From positions 223,157 to 287,156 of the forward strand of contig CAVYGJ010000007.1 of assembly GCA_963768035.1 (NCBI GenBank): a DNA stretch of 64,000 bases, read 5' to 3'. The notes below the pieces were generated by a model that was not told where the DNA came from, ran no database searches, and was given only the letters and a program-made list of their open reading frames with translations. The DNA comes from an uncultured Chloroflexia bacterium (lineage in GTDB: Bacteria; Chloroflexota; Limnocylindria; Limnocylindrales; CSP1-4). Made by a program: the position numbers and the translations under genes. This document shows, piece by piece, positions 20,747 through 31,375 of this stretch. Within the stretch, counting starts at the first letter, position 1, and the number at the start of each line of letters is the position of its first letter.

Positions 20747-21817
20747 TCAGTCGTTGTAGAGCCGCTCCTCGATGAGCTTCTCCTGGACCGTCCGCCCGTT
20801 GGGGTCGAAGCAGGAGAACTCGAAGTGCTTCTCGTACTCCAGGTCGATCGCGTCCTGGCCGCCGCGGTTCTTCTCCACCGAGACGATGACCCAGTCCCGG
20901 AAGCGCTGCGCCTGGTACGGGTTGAACTCGATGTTGACCTTGGCGACGATGTGGTACTTCTCGTTGAGGATCAGGATGATGTCGGCCTCGTAGTTGATCG
21001 CCGACGAGCCGCGCAGGTGGTAGTTGCGCAGCCGCGACGCCTTGAGGCCTTCCTTGTCCGCGGCGACGATCGCGATCATCGGCACGTCCTCGGACAGGGC
21101 GATGTCCTTGAGCCCGTTGACCACGAACGTGACCTTCTCCGTCTCCGAGGACGGCTCCGGGATCACGGGCACCTTCTGGAGGTAGTCCACGACGACGACC
21201 AGGCGCCGGTCGCCCGAGAGCTCCTTGTGCTGGCGGATGAGCGCCCGCATGCCGTCGATCGTCGAGGCGGTCTGGGTGCCGCGGAGGAGGAACAGGTTCT
21301 GCCCGTAGCGGGCGATCCGGTCGAGCGACGGGCGCAGGCGCGGGTTGGCGGCCAGCTGGGCGGCCCCGCCACCCTCGGCCATCCAGGTCCCGAGGATCTC
21401 CTTGCGGACGTCGGTGATCTTGATCGCGCCGGTCTTGTGGGGCAGGTGCGCCAGCGCCGACTCGGCCGCGATGAGGCGGTTGAGCAGGTACAGCTCGTCG
21501 TGCTCGTAGCAGATGTAGAGGACGTTGGCCTGGCCGCCCGACGCGACGTTGCGCGCCATCTGGAGCGCCATCGTCGTCTTGCCGGTGCCCTGGGCCCCGC
21601 CGATCAGGAGCAGCTCGCCCGCGCGCAGGCCGCCACCGATCGTCTTGTCCATGGGCGTGAAGCCGAGGGGGATCGGCTGGTACTCCCCCACCTTCCCGCT
21701 GGTGACCTTGTCGTTGAGATCGACGAGCACCTCGATCGCCGACCGCGGAGCGAGGCTCCCGTTCGGCCCGTCAAGGCGCCACGTGGCTCTGGGCGTCGCC
21801 CCCGTCTCCGTCGTCAC
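20747..21817 (-). CDS. RecA-superfamily ATPase (KaiC-like or DnaB C-terminal-domain-like), orphan.
   Basis: Walker A (GGAQGTGKTTMALQMA) and Walker B (VVVVDYLQ) in a 356-aa protein with no helicase N-domain or primase partner nearby. Confidence 0.55.
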   Translation of the reverse strand: MTTETGATPRATWRLDGPNGSLAPRSAIEVLVDLNDKVTSGKVGEYQPIPLGFTPMDKTIGGGLRAGELLLIGGAQGTGKTTMALQMARNVASGGQANVLYICYEHDELYLLNRLIAAESALAHLPHKTGAIKITDVRKEILGTWMAEGGGAAQLAANPRLRPSLDRIARYGQNLFLLRGTQTASTIDGMRALIRQHKELSGDRRLVVVVDYLQKVPVIPEPSSETEKVTFVVNGLKDIALSEDVPMIAIVAADKEGLKASRLRNYHLRGSSAINYEADIILILNEKYHIVAKVNIEFNPYQAQRFRDWVIVSVEKNRGGQDAIDLEYEKHFEFSCFDPNGRTVQEKLIEERLYND

Positions 21818-21932
21818 GCTGCGTTCGTCCTCCGCCCTTGGCTGATCGTCGTGTGGCGCATCCTAGCACCGCGCATCGGGCGGTCAGCCACCCGATGGTC
21901 CCGGTCGCGGGTGATCCGGACGCGGGCCTCGA

Positions 21933-23346
21933 TCAGCGCTCGAGGGTCGCCAGCTCGTCCCACAGGCGCACGATCACGCGCGTGCCGCGCTCGAAGTTGT
22001 CGAGCTCGAGCCACTCGTTCGGGGCATGGGCGTTGCAGGTGGGCTGCGAGAAGCCGAGGAGCACGACCGGCAGCTTGAGCTGCGAGCTGAAGGCGGCCGT
22101 GACGGGGATCGAGCCGCCCTCCCGGATGAAGACCGGGTCGAGGCCGTAGACCGCCTTGATCGCCCGTGCCGCGGCGCGGGTCGCCGGATGGTCGGTGTGG
22201 GTGTGGCTCGGATCGCCGCCGTGGATGAACGTCGTGGTCACGGTGACGCCGGGAGGGGCCACCTCGGCGACGAACCGCTCCAGCCCCTCGAAGATCTTCT
22301 TCGGGTCCTGGTGCGCCACGAGCCGGGTCGACAGCTTGGCGTGGGCGTGCGCCGGGATGATCGTCTTGGCGCCCTCGCCCACGAAGCCGCTCCACATCCC
22401 GTTGACGTCGAGCGTCGGGCGCGAGCCCTTGTTCTCGAGCACGGTGAAGCCGGCCTCACCCACGAGCTTCGTGACGGGGATCGCCTCGCGGTATGCCTCG
22501 TCGTCGAACGGCAGGGCCGCCAGGCCCGCGCGATCCGCCGCGGACAGCGGCTCGACGTCGTCGTAGAAGCCGGGCACCTTGATCCGCCCGTCGGGTCCCT
22601 TGAGCGCGGCGATGATCGTCGCGAGGGCGTTCGCCGGGTTCTGGACCGTGCCGCCGTACATGCCCGAGTGGAGGTCCACCGGCGACAGCTCGACGTCGAT
22701 CTGCGCGTACATGATCCCGCGCAGCCCGACGGTGATCGCCGGCAGGTTGCCCTCGAAGAAGCCCGTGTCGCTGATGATCGCGACGTCCGCGGCCAGGCGG
22801 GCCTCGTTCGCGTCGATCCACGTGTACAGGCTCTCGGAGCCGTACTCCTCCTCGCCCTCGAACACGAAGGTCAGGTTCACCGGCGGCTTGCGGCCCGGCC
22901 GTGCGCATCGCCTCGAGCGCCGAGAGATGCATGACGAGCTGGCCCTTGTCGTCGGCGACGCCGCGGCCGACGAAGCGGCCGTCGCGCAGGAACGGCTCCC
23001 AGGGCGCCGTCTCCCACAGCTCGATGGGGTCGACCGGCTGGACGTCGTAGTGGCAGTACACGAGCGCGGTCGGCGCGCCCTCGGCCTCGTGGATCTTGCC
23101 GTACACGATCGGGTGGAGCGCCGTGTCGATGACCTCGACCTCGGTCGCGCCGAGGTTGCGCAGCCGGGTGGCGATCCACTCCGCGGCCGCGCGCACGTCG
23201 CCGGCATGCTCGGGGAGCGAGCTCACGCTCGGGATCCGGGCGAACTCCAGGAGCGCCTCGGCCCGCGCGTCGCGCGACTCGTCCAGCGCCGCCTCGATGT
23301 CGAGGTCGATCGGCATGGCTTCGGGCGCAGGAAACTCGTCGGTCAT
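21933..23346 (-). CDS. M20-family metallopeptidase (dipeptidase, ArgE/DapE/CPG2-like); frameshift near 22893.
   Basis: N-terminal ORF (HYDVQPVDP...GRGVADDKGQL) and C-terminal ORF (TFVFEGEEEYGS...dimerisation domain...GGSIP) meet when one base is removed in a GGGCC run. Confidence 0.7.
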
Positions 23347-23421
23347 CGGTTCTCCAGGGGTCGGTCGGCGGGCGTCTCCGGCGATCGTAGCGCGCCGGCC
23401 CGCTCCCGGGCGGACACGAAC

Positions 23422-23452
23422 GAAGGGCGGACCCTCGAGAGGTCCGCCCTTC
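23422..23452 (-). terminator. Strong hairpin (12-bp perfect stem, 7-nt loop) immediately downstream of ftsH; a possible intrinsic terminator, although the trailing sequence is only weakly U-rich.
   Basis: gaagggcggacc-ctcgaga-ggtccgcccttc lies between the ftsH stop (23478) and the start of the M20 peptidase gene (23346). Confidence 0.5.
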
Positions 23453-23477
23453 GCGTGTGGCGCTGTGTGGGTGCCGG

Positions 23478-25399
23478 TCAGGCCGGCTGGGGTGCGGGGT
23501 TGGGGGCCGGTGCCGTCGGGCCGCTCGGCGCGTCGCCGTCGATCCCGGGGGCGACGATCCGCGGGATGCCCGCGTACCGCTCCGGCTTCGGGGGCAGGTC
23601 GTCGAACAGCTTCTCGAACTCGGGCTGGTCGACGGTCTCCTCGGCGATGAGCTTCTCGGCGAGGTTGTTGAGCCGATCGCGGTAGGTGGTGAGGACCTCG
23701 GTCGCGCGCTCGTAGGCGCGGTCGATGATGGCCCTGACCTCCTCGTCGATCATCTGCGCGACCTCGTCCGAGTAGTCGCGCTGCTCACCCATGCTCCGGC
23801 CGAGGAAGATCATCTCGTCGCGCTTCCCGAAGGACAGCGGGCCGAGGCGATCGCTCATGCCGAACTCGGTGACCATGCGCCGTGCGAGGTCGGTCGCCTT
23901 CTCGATGTCGTTGCTGGCGCCGGTCGTCGTGTCCCCGAAGACCAGGCGCTCCGCGACGTTGCCGCCGAGCAGGCCCGCGATCTTGTCCTCGAACTCGGTC
24001 TTGGACTGGAGGTAGCGGTCCTCGACGGGCAGGGCCATCGTGTAGCCGAGGGCCATGCCGCGGCTGATGACGGTGACCTTGGCCACCGGGTCGCACTTCG
24101 GCAGGATGCGCTGGACGACGGCGTGACCGCCCTCGTGGAACGCGATGATCCGCTTCTCGTCGTCGCTGATGACCCGGCTCTTGCGCTCGGGGCCGGCGAC
24201 GATCCGCTCGAGGGCCTCGGAGAACTCGTTCTGGCCGACGACCTTCTTGTTGCGGCGTGCCGCGAGGATCGCCGCCTCGTTGACGAGGTTCGCGAGGTCG
24301 GCGCCGGAGAAGCCGGGCGACTGGCGCGCGACCTCCTCGACCGACACGGTCTTGTCGAGCGGCTTGCCCTTGGTGTGGACCTTGAGGATCGCCGTGCGGC
24401 CCTTCATGTCCGGGCGGTCGAGGATGACCTGGCGGTCGAACCGGCCGGGGCGCAGGAGCGCCGGGTCGAGGACGTCCGGCCGGTTGGTGGCGGCGACGAC
24501 GATCACGTTGGTGTTCGTGTCGAAGCCGTCCATCTCGACGAGGATCTGGTTGAGGGTCTGCTCGCGCTCGTCGTGCGAGCCGCCGAGGCCCGCACCGCGC
24601 TGGCGGCCGACCGCGTCGATCTCGTCCACGAACACGATGCACGGGCTGTTGCGCTTCGCCTGGTCGAACAGGTCGCGCACGCGGCTCGCGCCGACGCCCA
24701 CGAACATCTCGACGAACTCGGAGCCGGAGATGCTGAAGAACGGCACCCCGGCCTCGCCCGCGACGGCACGCGCCATGAGCGTCTTGCCGGTGCCTGGCGG
24801 GCCGACGAGCAGCACGCCGCGCGGGATCCGCGCGCCGAGCGAGTTGAACTTCTCGGGGTACTTGAGGAACTCCACGACCTCCTGGAGCTCCGTCTTCGCC
24901 TCGTCCACGCCCGCGACGTCGTTGAACGTGACGACGGTCTTGTTGCCGAGGAACATCCGGGCGCGGCTCTTGCCGAACGACATCGCCTGGTTGTTGGTGC
25001 CCTGGGCCTGTCTCATCATGAAGAAGATGAAGCCGCCGATCACGAGGAGTGGCAGCAGGCCCGTCAGCAGCAGGCCGACCCACGAGGTGTCGGCCGTCTT
25101 GGTGCGCGCAGTAGATGTCCGCCGGCAGCTCCTGGTCGCCCTTGGTGGCCGCCGCGAGCATGTCGTCGAGGACGTTGCCGGTGATCGGGTTCTGGACGAC
25201 GACGGTGTAGGGAGTGCCGCCACCCTTGGGCGTCACGGTGAGCGTCTCACCGTCCTGGACGACCTTCTGCGACCTCGCCGGCCGCGACCTTGTTGAGGAA
25301 CTCCGAGTAGCCGACCGTGTTGGCCGGGGTCGTGGACGTGACCCAGGTGTAGAGCAGCGCGATCGTGCCCGCCACGAGGACGAGCATCACGATCCCGTT
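23478..25399 (-). CDS. ftsH: ATP-dependent zinc metalloprotease FtsH; two frameshifts near 25110 and 25265.
   Basis: AAA+ core ([37 protein letters not shown]), SRH and a zinc-binding HEGGH are intact from 25100 to 23478. The N-terminal TM1 ([22 protein letters not shown], probable TTG start about 25399) and the periplasmic segment ([25 protein letters not shown]) are in two other frames. Confidence 0.85.
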
Positions 25400-25644
25400 G
25401 CGCAGGAACTTTGCGTTCAAACGGAGCGCCTCCGAGTCCGAGGGTCCCGGCCTTGGGCCGGGGAGGTTCGGCGAGTATACCGCCGGGGTCCGTGGCGGCC
25501 GCCTGCGCGGCCACGGCGCGACCGTATCAGGAGTACGCGCAAGAGGCATGCGCAGATGCATGCGGCCGCGTTGAACTGCGGTTCAGGTTTCGAAACCTGG
25601 CCGTCGGCAGCGCCGTGGGGCACCGGACACGGCGGTCCGGGGCG

Positions 25645-27222
25645 TCAGGGCTCGCGGTTGTACCAGACCCCGCCGGGCCCGTCGTAGCTCGTGCCCTCGC
25701 CCCAGACGGCGATCGTGCGGCCCGCCTGGGTGATGGCGATCTCGCCGTAGTCGCCGTACGGCTCCAGGTAGCCGGCCGCCGTCTTGTAGGCCGCACCGCC
25801 GGTCGCGTCCGAGATCTTCACGGGCGCCGACCACGTGGCGCCGCCGTCGGTCGACCGCCGGTACCAGGTGTTCCACTGGTCGACGTTGCCCGACCCCGAC
25901 GTCTGCATGTACCAGGCGCGGACGTCGCCCGTGCCGGTGGACTCGATCGCCGGGTCGACCGCCTGCTCGGTCGCGGCCGACAGGGTCACGGCCGCGCTCC
26001 AGGTGGCGCCCGCGTCGGTGGACCGGCGTGCCGCGATCGTCTGGAGGCCGCCGGACGTCGCCGCGCCGTCGTAGACGAGGACGACCCGGCCCGCGCCGTC
26101 GACGCTGAGGGCGTTGTGGCCCAGCCAGTAGTCGGGCGTGCAGCCGCCGGACGTGCACGCCAGCCCGGGCTGGACCGACGCGACGAGCTTGTCCTCCCAG
26201 GTCCCGCCGGCGTTGCGCGAGATGAACACGTGCTCCTCGATGGCGGCCGTCGGGTACGAGCCCTTGTTGCCGCCGCCGCCGTAGAGCAGGCTGCTCTGCG
26301 CGAGGTAGACCGTGCCGTCCGCGGCCACGTCGGCGTCGAACGCGAAGAAGTAGCGGTTGGAGTCGACGAGCTTGGTCTGCGTCCAGGTCGCGCCGGAGTC
26401 GTGCGACTGCGCGATCCACGGGTCGCCGCCCGTCGGGCCGTTGAAGGTCACGTAGACGTCGCGCCCGTCGTTGCTCGTCGCGAGCACGGGCTTGTCCGTC
26501 CACGAGACCTTGCCGTACACCGTGACCGGCGCGGTCCAGCGTGGCCCCGTGGGTCGTGGACTTCGTGAACAGCGTGTTGAAGCCGTTCATGTAGACGGCG
26601 TAGACGGCGCCGGTGGACGGGGCCACCTCGATGATCGGGTCGAACTGGCCCGATCCCTTGCACGCGCACAGCGGCTTGCTCGCGCCGAAGGTCGCGCCAC
26701 CGTCGGCGCTGACGCGGAGCGCGATGTACGGCGTCGGGCAGTTGCCGTTGCACGGCTTGGACACGCCGTAGCGGGTCACGAGGATGTAGACGTAGCTGCT
26801 GCCGGGGTCGGCGGCGATCGCCGGCTCCCAATCGTCGGGCGCCGCGGCCTCGAACGGCTGCTCGCCGGCCCAGCCGGGGGCCGGGGCGTCGGTGGTGGGG
26901 CGCGCCTGGCCGATCACGACGCCGGATGCGACGGCGCGACCCAGCGCCTCGCGCTTGCGGGCCGCGGTCTCGGCCTGCTCCTCGGCCTCGGGGTTGTCCT
27001 CGGGTCCGGCGTCGGCGTCCGGCGATCCGCGTCTTCATCGCCGTCCTCGCCGGCGTCCGCATCGGCGTCGTTGTCCCCAGCCTCGGGCACGAAGGCGAGC
27101 GGCCCGGGCGAGCCACCTCCCGGCGTGGTGAGGGCTGCCGCCCCCAGGGTGAGGATCGCGATGAGTGCGACGAGCACGAGCATCGGGCGCGGGATCGACA
27201 CGCGACGGGCCATCGGTGGCAC
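25645..27222 (-). CDS. Secreted BNR/Asp-box repeat protein (sialidase or glycosyl-hydrolase-like beta-propeller); frameshifts near 26530 and 27040.
   Basis: Signal peptide (MARRVSIPRPMLVLVALIAILTLGAAA) plus an acidic linker, then repeated SxDxGxTW Asp-box motifs (SADGGATF, SHDSGATW, SRNAGGTW, STDAGATW, STDGGATW) spread across three frames. Confidence 0.5.
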
Positions 27223-27295
27223 CTCAATGGGGGCGATGGGCGGACGCTACCACTGCACGGGCGACCGTCAAGCACCGATCTCGCGGGGAATTGAA

Positions 27296-27320
27296 ACGCC
27301 CGGGCGGCGGGCCCGGGCGT
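27296..27320 (-). terminator. GC-rich hairpin followed by a short T-rich tract downstream of the tRNA; a possible terminator.
   Basis: cgcccggg...cccgggcg inverted repeat. On the minus strand it is followed by TTTCAATT. Confidence 0.3.
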
Positions 27321-27332
27321 GAGAGCTTGCGT

Positions 27333-27407
27333 TGGTAGCGGAGGGCGGATTTGAACCACCGACCAAGGGCTTATGAGTCCCCTGCTCTACCACTGAGCTA
27401 CTCCGCC
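27333..27407 (-). tRNA. tRNA with a CAU anticodon (Met, or possibly Ile2/lysidine type).
   Basis: The minus strand reads GGCGGAGTAGCTCAGTGGTAGAGCAGGGGACTCATAAGCCCTTGGTCGGTGGTTCAAATCCGCCCTCCGCTACCA. It has a cloverleaf with a GCTC/GAGC D-stem, a CTCATAA anticodon loop, a GGTGG/CCGCC T-stem, a TTCAAAT T-loop and an encoded CCA. Confidence 0.8.
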
Positions 27408-27502
27408 GTGGTCCCCCAATTCTAGCGGGACGTGCCCGGAGCGCAACGGAGGCGGGCGATCGGCGACAATGCGGCGGTCGGAGCCAGCCTGAGGGAGCAT
27501 GG

Positions 27503-28300
27503 GTGGACGAGGATCGCGGATCGGGCACGCCAGGTGGGCCGCCGCCACCGCCCGATGGCGGGCCGGTCCCCGCGCCGCCGCCCCCGCCCGACGCGCCGCC
27601 CGCACCCGGGGCCACCCAACCGGGGTGGGGCGCCACCGGCCCGACGCCGAGCGGCTGGGGCACGCCGACGGACGCGCCGCAGACCTGGGGCGCCGCCTCG
27701 CCGGAGGCACAGGTCGGCTGGGAACGCCCGCCGTCGGGCTCGAACGGCTGTCTCAAGGCCTGCCTCATCGTCGGCGGGATCGTCGTCGTCCTCGTGGTCA
27801 TCGCCGCCATCGGGCTGGTCATCGCCGGCGGACGGCTCGTCGACGAGATCCAGAAGAACCCCGACGCCATGTTCGGTGGCGAGTGCCCGTTCGTCGGCCC
27901 GTCCGAGGTCAGCGACGCGCTCGGCACCGATGCCCAGGTGTTCGAGGTCGACGGGTTCGTCGGCGGCACGATGGGCGCCATCCTCGACAAGCGCCTGCTC
28001 GCGGATGCCCCGGACTGCTACATCGTGTCCGACGACGGGACGACGGGACGGATCGCCGTGCTCGACGGCGGCGGTGAGGAGGCGTTTGCCGCCGCCGCAG
28101 CGGAGGGCGACCGCATCCGCGCCCAGGACACGGACATCGGCGACGAGGCGTTCTGCACGACGACTGACGGCAACGGGTCTGCCGGCGTGCTCGTGCGCTT
28201 CGGCGAGCGCGTCGTCTACGTGAGCGTGCTCGACCAGTCGCGGGACCAGGCGCGGGCCTGCGAGGTCGCGTCGGCGGTCGCGGCGACCCTCGCCCCCTGA
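27503..28300 (+). CDS. Proline-rich single-pass membrane protein, hypothetical.
   Basis: Pro/Gly-rich N-terminus, one TM helix (CLIVGGIVVVLVVIAAIGLVIAG) and a roughly 150-aa extracytoplasmic domain; intact 265-aa ORF. Confidence 0.45.
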   Translation: MDEDRGSGTPGGPPPPPDGGPVPAPPPPPDAPPAPGATQPGWGATGPTPSGWGTPTDAPQTWGAASPEAQVGWERPPSGSNGCLKACLIVGGIVVVLVVIAAIGLVIAGGRLVDEIQKNPDAMFGGECPFVGPSEVSDALGTDAQVFEVDGFVGGTMGAILDKRLLADAPDCYIVSDDGTTGRIAVLDGGGEEAFAAAAAEGDRIRAQDTDIGDEAFCTTTDGNGSAGVLVRFGERVVYVSVLDQSRDQARACEVASAVAATLAP

Positions 28301-28306
28301 CGCCCG

Positions 28307-28882
28307 TCAGTAGCTGGGTTCGGGGGTCGGCGGCTCCGAGGGGACCGGGCGGTTCATGGCCGCGGCAGGGTCGATGGCGGCACCGAACAGCAGCGTCAGC
28401 CAGGAGTCCAGCGGCGTGACCTCGCCCGCTCCGGCGCCGAGCCGCGTGGCGGCGGTCCCGGGCGCGTCGGCGGCGAGCGGCGGCGCGTCGTCGGCGAGGA
28501 TGAACGGGATCTCGCGCGGAGCGCCAAGACGGTACTCGCGGGCCTGCTGCTCGATGTAGGCCTGGCGCTGGATGAGCGCCAGCTCCTGCTCCAGGCCGCC
28601 GACCTCGGCCGCCATCGCCACGTTCTCGACGCGCATCTCGTCGGCGCGCGTGGACGCCTCGCTGGCCTCGCCGACCTGGCGGGCGAACAGGACGATGACC
28701 CAGGCAGCGACGAGCGCCGCGATCAGGACCGCGATGCGCCGGCGCGTCAGGCCCGCGACGGGCAGGTCGGAGAGGGTCGCGAGCGCCGTGGCGGTGGCGC
28801 CGAGCGGCGGCTGCGGGGTCGCCTCCACCCCCGGTTCGGGGTCGGGTCCGGCTGGCGTCGTGCGCTCGGCGGGTCGCGGCAT
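28307..28882 (-). CDS. Membrane-anchored coiled-coil protein, possibly a septum-formation-initiator (FtsB/DivIC-like).
   Basis: Pro-rich N-terminus, one TM helix (IAVLIAALVAAWVIVLF), then a heptad-like region (EMRVENVAMAAEVGGLEQELALIQRQAYIEQQAREY). Confidence 0.35.
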   Translation of the reverse strand: MPRPAERTTPAGPDPEPGVEATPQPPLGATATALATLSDLPVAGLTRRRIAVLIAALVAAWVIVLFARQVGEASEASTRADEMRVENVAMAAEVGGLEQELALIQRQAYIEQQAREYRLGAPREIPFILADDAPPLAADAPGTAATRLGAGAGEVTPLDSWLTLLFGAAIDPAAAMNRPVPSEPPTPEPSY

Positions 28883-28968
28883 CGTCGCGAGGGTAGCTGC
28901 GCCTGATTCGGGTTGTCAACTCCGGCGGGCGAGGCGATTCACGATGCGCGACGGGGTCAGCCGCACGA

Positions 28969-28993
28969 CCCGTGACACGAGAGCTGTCACGGG
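28969..28993. promoter_or_regulatory. Perfect 9-bp inverted repeat (CCCGTGACA-n7-TGTCACGGG) in the divergent promoter region upstream of the MrfA-like helicase gene; a candidate operator.
   Basis: Read directly from the sequence. It lies 69 bp upstream of the ATG at 29062, and the -35/-10-like TTGCAA and TAGACT hexamers follow downstream. Confidence 0.4.
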
Positions 28994-29061
28994 CCGGTTG
29001 CAAGGTCGCGTAGACTCTGCGGCAATTCGACCATGCGTTCTGTTTCAACCCGGGAGCCAGC

Positions 29062-31375
29062 ATGCGCACGTACGCCCCCGCCCCCACCCGATCCGTCCTG
29101 GAGCAGGCGCTCGAGGAGCCGTCGCTGGCGCGCGGCGTCCGCCACCACGAGGTCGTCCCGGCGCGCACCGCGGTCCACGGCGAGTGGCCGGAGTGGCTGG
29201 ACCCGCGCATCCGGGCCGGGCTCGCGGGCCGCGGGATCGAGCGGCCGTACATCCACCAGGCCCAGGCGATCGAGGCGGTCCACGCGGGCGAGGACATCGT
29301 CGTCGTCACGCCCACCGCGTCGGGCAAGTCGCTGTGCTACACGGTCCCGGTCCTCCAGGCGCTCGCCGAGGACCCGTCCGCGCGGGCGCTGTTCCTGTTC
29401 CCCACCAAGGCGCTGGGCCAGGACCAGGTCGCGGAGTTCGGCGACCTCGTCCACGACGCCGGGCTGACGATCTCGGCGGCGACCTACGACGGCGACACGC
29501 CGGCACCGATCCGGTCGGCGATCCGCAAGGCCGGCCAGGTCGTGGTGAGCAACCCGGACATGCTCCACTCGGCGATGCTCCCCCACCACACGAAGTGGTT
29601 CCAGCTGTTCGAGCAGCTGCGGGTCATCGTCATCGACGAGCTCCACACGTACCGGGGCGTGTTCGGCTCGCACGTCGCCAACGTCCTGCGGCGCCTCCTC
29701 CGGCTGTGCGCCCACTACGGGTCGAACCCGGTGATCGTGTGCGCGTCGGCGACCATCGCGAACCCGGGCGAGCTGGCCCAGCAGCTGACCGGACGGCCCG
29801 TCCGCGTCATCGACCGCAACGGCGCGCCGTCGGGCGAGAAGCACGTCCTCCTCGTCGATCCGCCGATCATCGACGCCTCGACGGGCGCCCGCGGGTCCGC
29901 GCTGACCCTGGCCCAGCGCTGGGCGATCCCGTTCCTCCGCGCCGGCCGCCAGACGGTCGTGTTCGGGAAGTCGCGGGTCGCCGTCGAGATCATGCTCTCG
30001 AACCTGCGCGAGACGCTGCGCCAGGATCTCGGGCCGCGGAGCCGGATCCGCGGCTACCGGGGCGGCTACCTGCCGACCGAGCGCCGAGCCATCGAGCGCG
30101 GGCTGCGCGACGGCGAGATCCTCGGCGTCGTCAGCACGAACGCGCTCGAGCTGGGCGTGGACATCGGCCGGCTGGACGTGGCGATCCTCGCCGGCTACCC
30201 GGGGTCGATCGCGGGGACGTGGCAGCAGATGGGCCGGGCCGGCCGACGTGGGGACGTGAGCGTCGCCGTGCTCGTCGCCTCGCCCGCCCCGGTCGACCAG
30301 TACGTGATCCACCACCCGGAGTTCGTCCTCGGCGGACAGCCCGAGGAGGCGCGGCTCGACCCGGACAACCTCCACGTCCTGCTCGCACACCTGCGCGCCG
30401 CGACGTTCGAGCTGCCGTTCGAGCCCGGCGAGTGGTTCGGGCCAGGCCCCGCCGACGACCTGCTCGCGTTCCTGGGCGAATCCGGGACCGTCCGCCAGGC
30501 GGACGACGGGCGGTGGTACTGGAGCTCCGAGAACTTCCCCGCCTCGGAGGTGTCGCTCCGGTCGGCCGCGCCCGAGAACGTGGTGATCATCGACACGACG
30601 CCCGGACCGGCCGCGGGTGCTCGGCGAGGTGGACCTGTTCAGCGCCCAGGTCCTCGTCCACCAGCACGCGATCTACATGCACGACTCGGTCCAGTACCAC
30701 GTCGACAAGCTCGACTGGGGCGAGCGCAAGGCGTACGTCCACAAGGTCGACGTCGACCACTACACGTACGCGAACCGGGCGGTGACGCTCAAGCCGCTCG
30801 ACGTGTTCGCGACCTCGCCGTCCGCCGGGGGCACCCGGGTCCACGGCGAGGTGATGGTCGCGAGCCTCGTGACGCTGTACAAGAAGCTCAAGTTCATCAC
30901 CGACGAGAACGTGGGCTGGGGACCCATCGACCTGCCGGAGATCGAGCTCCAGACGACGGCCTACTGGCTCACCGCGGAGCGTGCCGCGACCGGCTGGCGG
31001 CGGGACGAGCTGGACGTCGCGCTGATCGGGGCCGGGCGGGCGATCCAGGCGGTCGCGGCGGTGCTGCTGATGCTCGACCCGCGGGACCTCGGGCTCGTGT
31101 CCCAGGTCCGGTCGCCACACCACGAGGCGCCGACGATCTACCTGTACGAGGCGATGCCCGGCGGCGTCGGGCTGTCGGAGCGGCTGTGGGCGCGCCACGA
31201 CGAGCTGGTTGCCGGCGCCGAGGACCTCATCCGCGCCTGCCAGTGCGAGGCCGGCTGCCCGGCGTGCACCGGTCCACGGCTCGAGCCGGACGTCGACGGC
31301 AAGGCGCTCGCGCTCCGCCTGCTCGCCTCCCTCGCACCGGATCGCGCGGCGGCCGGCGCCGCGGCGGTGGCATGA
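29062..31375 (+). CDS. mrfA: DEAD/DEAH-box helicase with a C-terminal DUF1998 zinc-binding domain (MrfA/YprA-like); frameshift near 30610.
   Basis: Helicase motifs (TPTASGKSL, VIDELH, SAT, QxxGRAGR) in frame 1 to about 30600. The DUF1998/MZB domain with four Cys (CQCEAGCPAC) is in frame 2 and ends at 31375. The 1255-aa single ORF is an artefact joining two genes. Confidence 0.8.
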
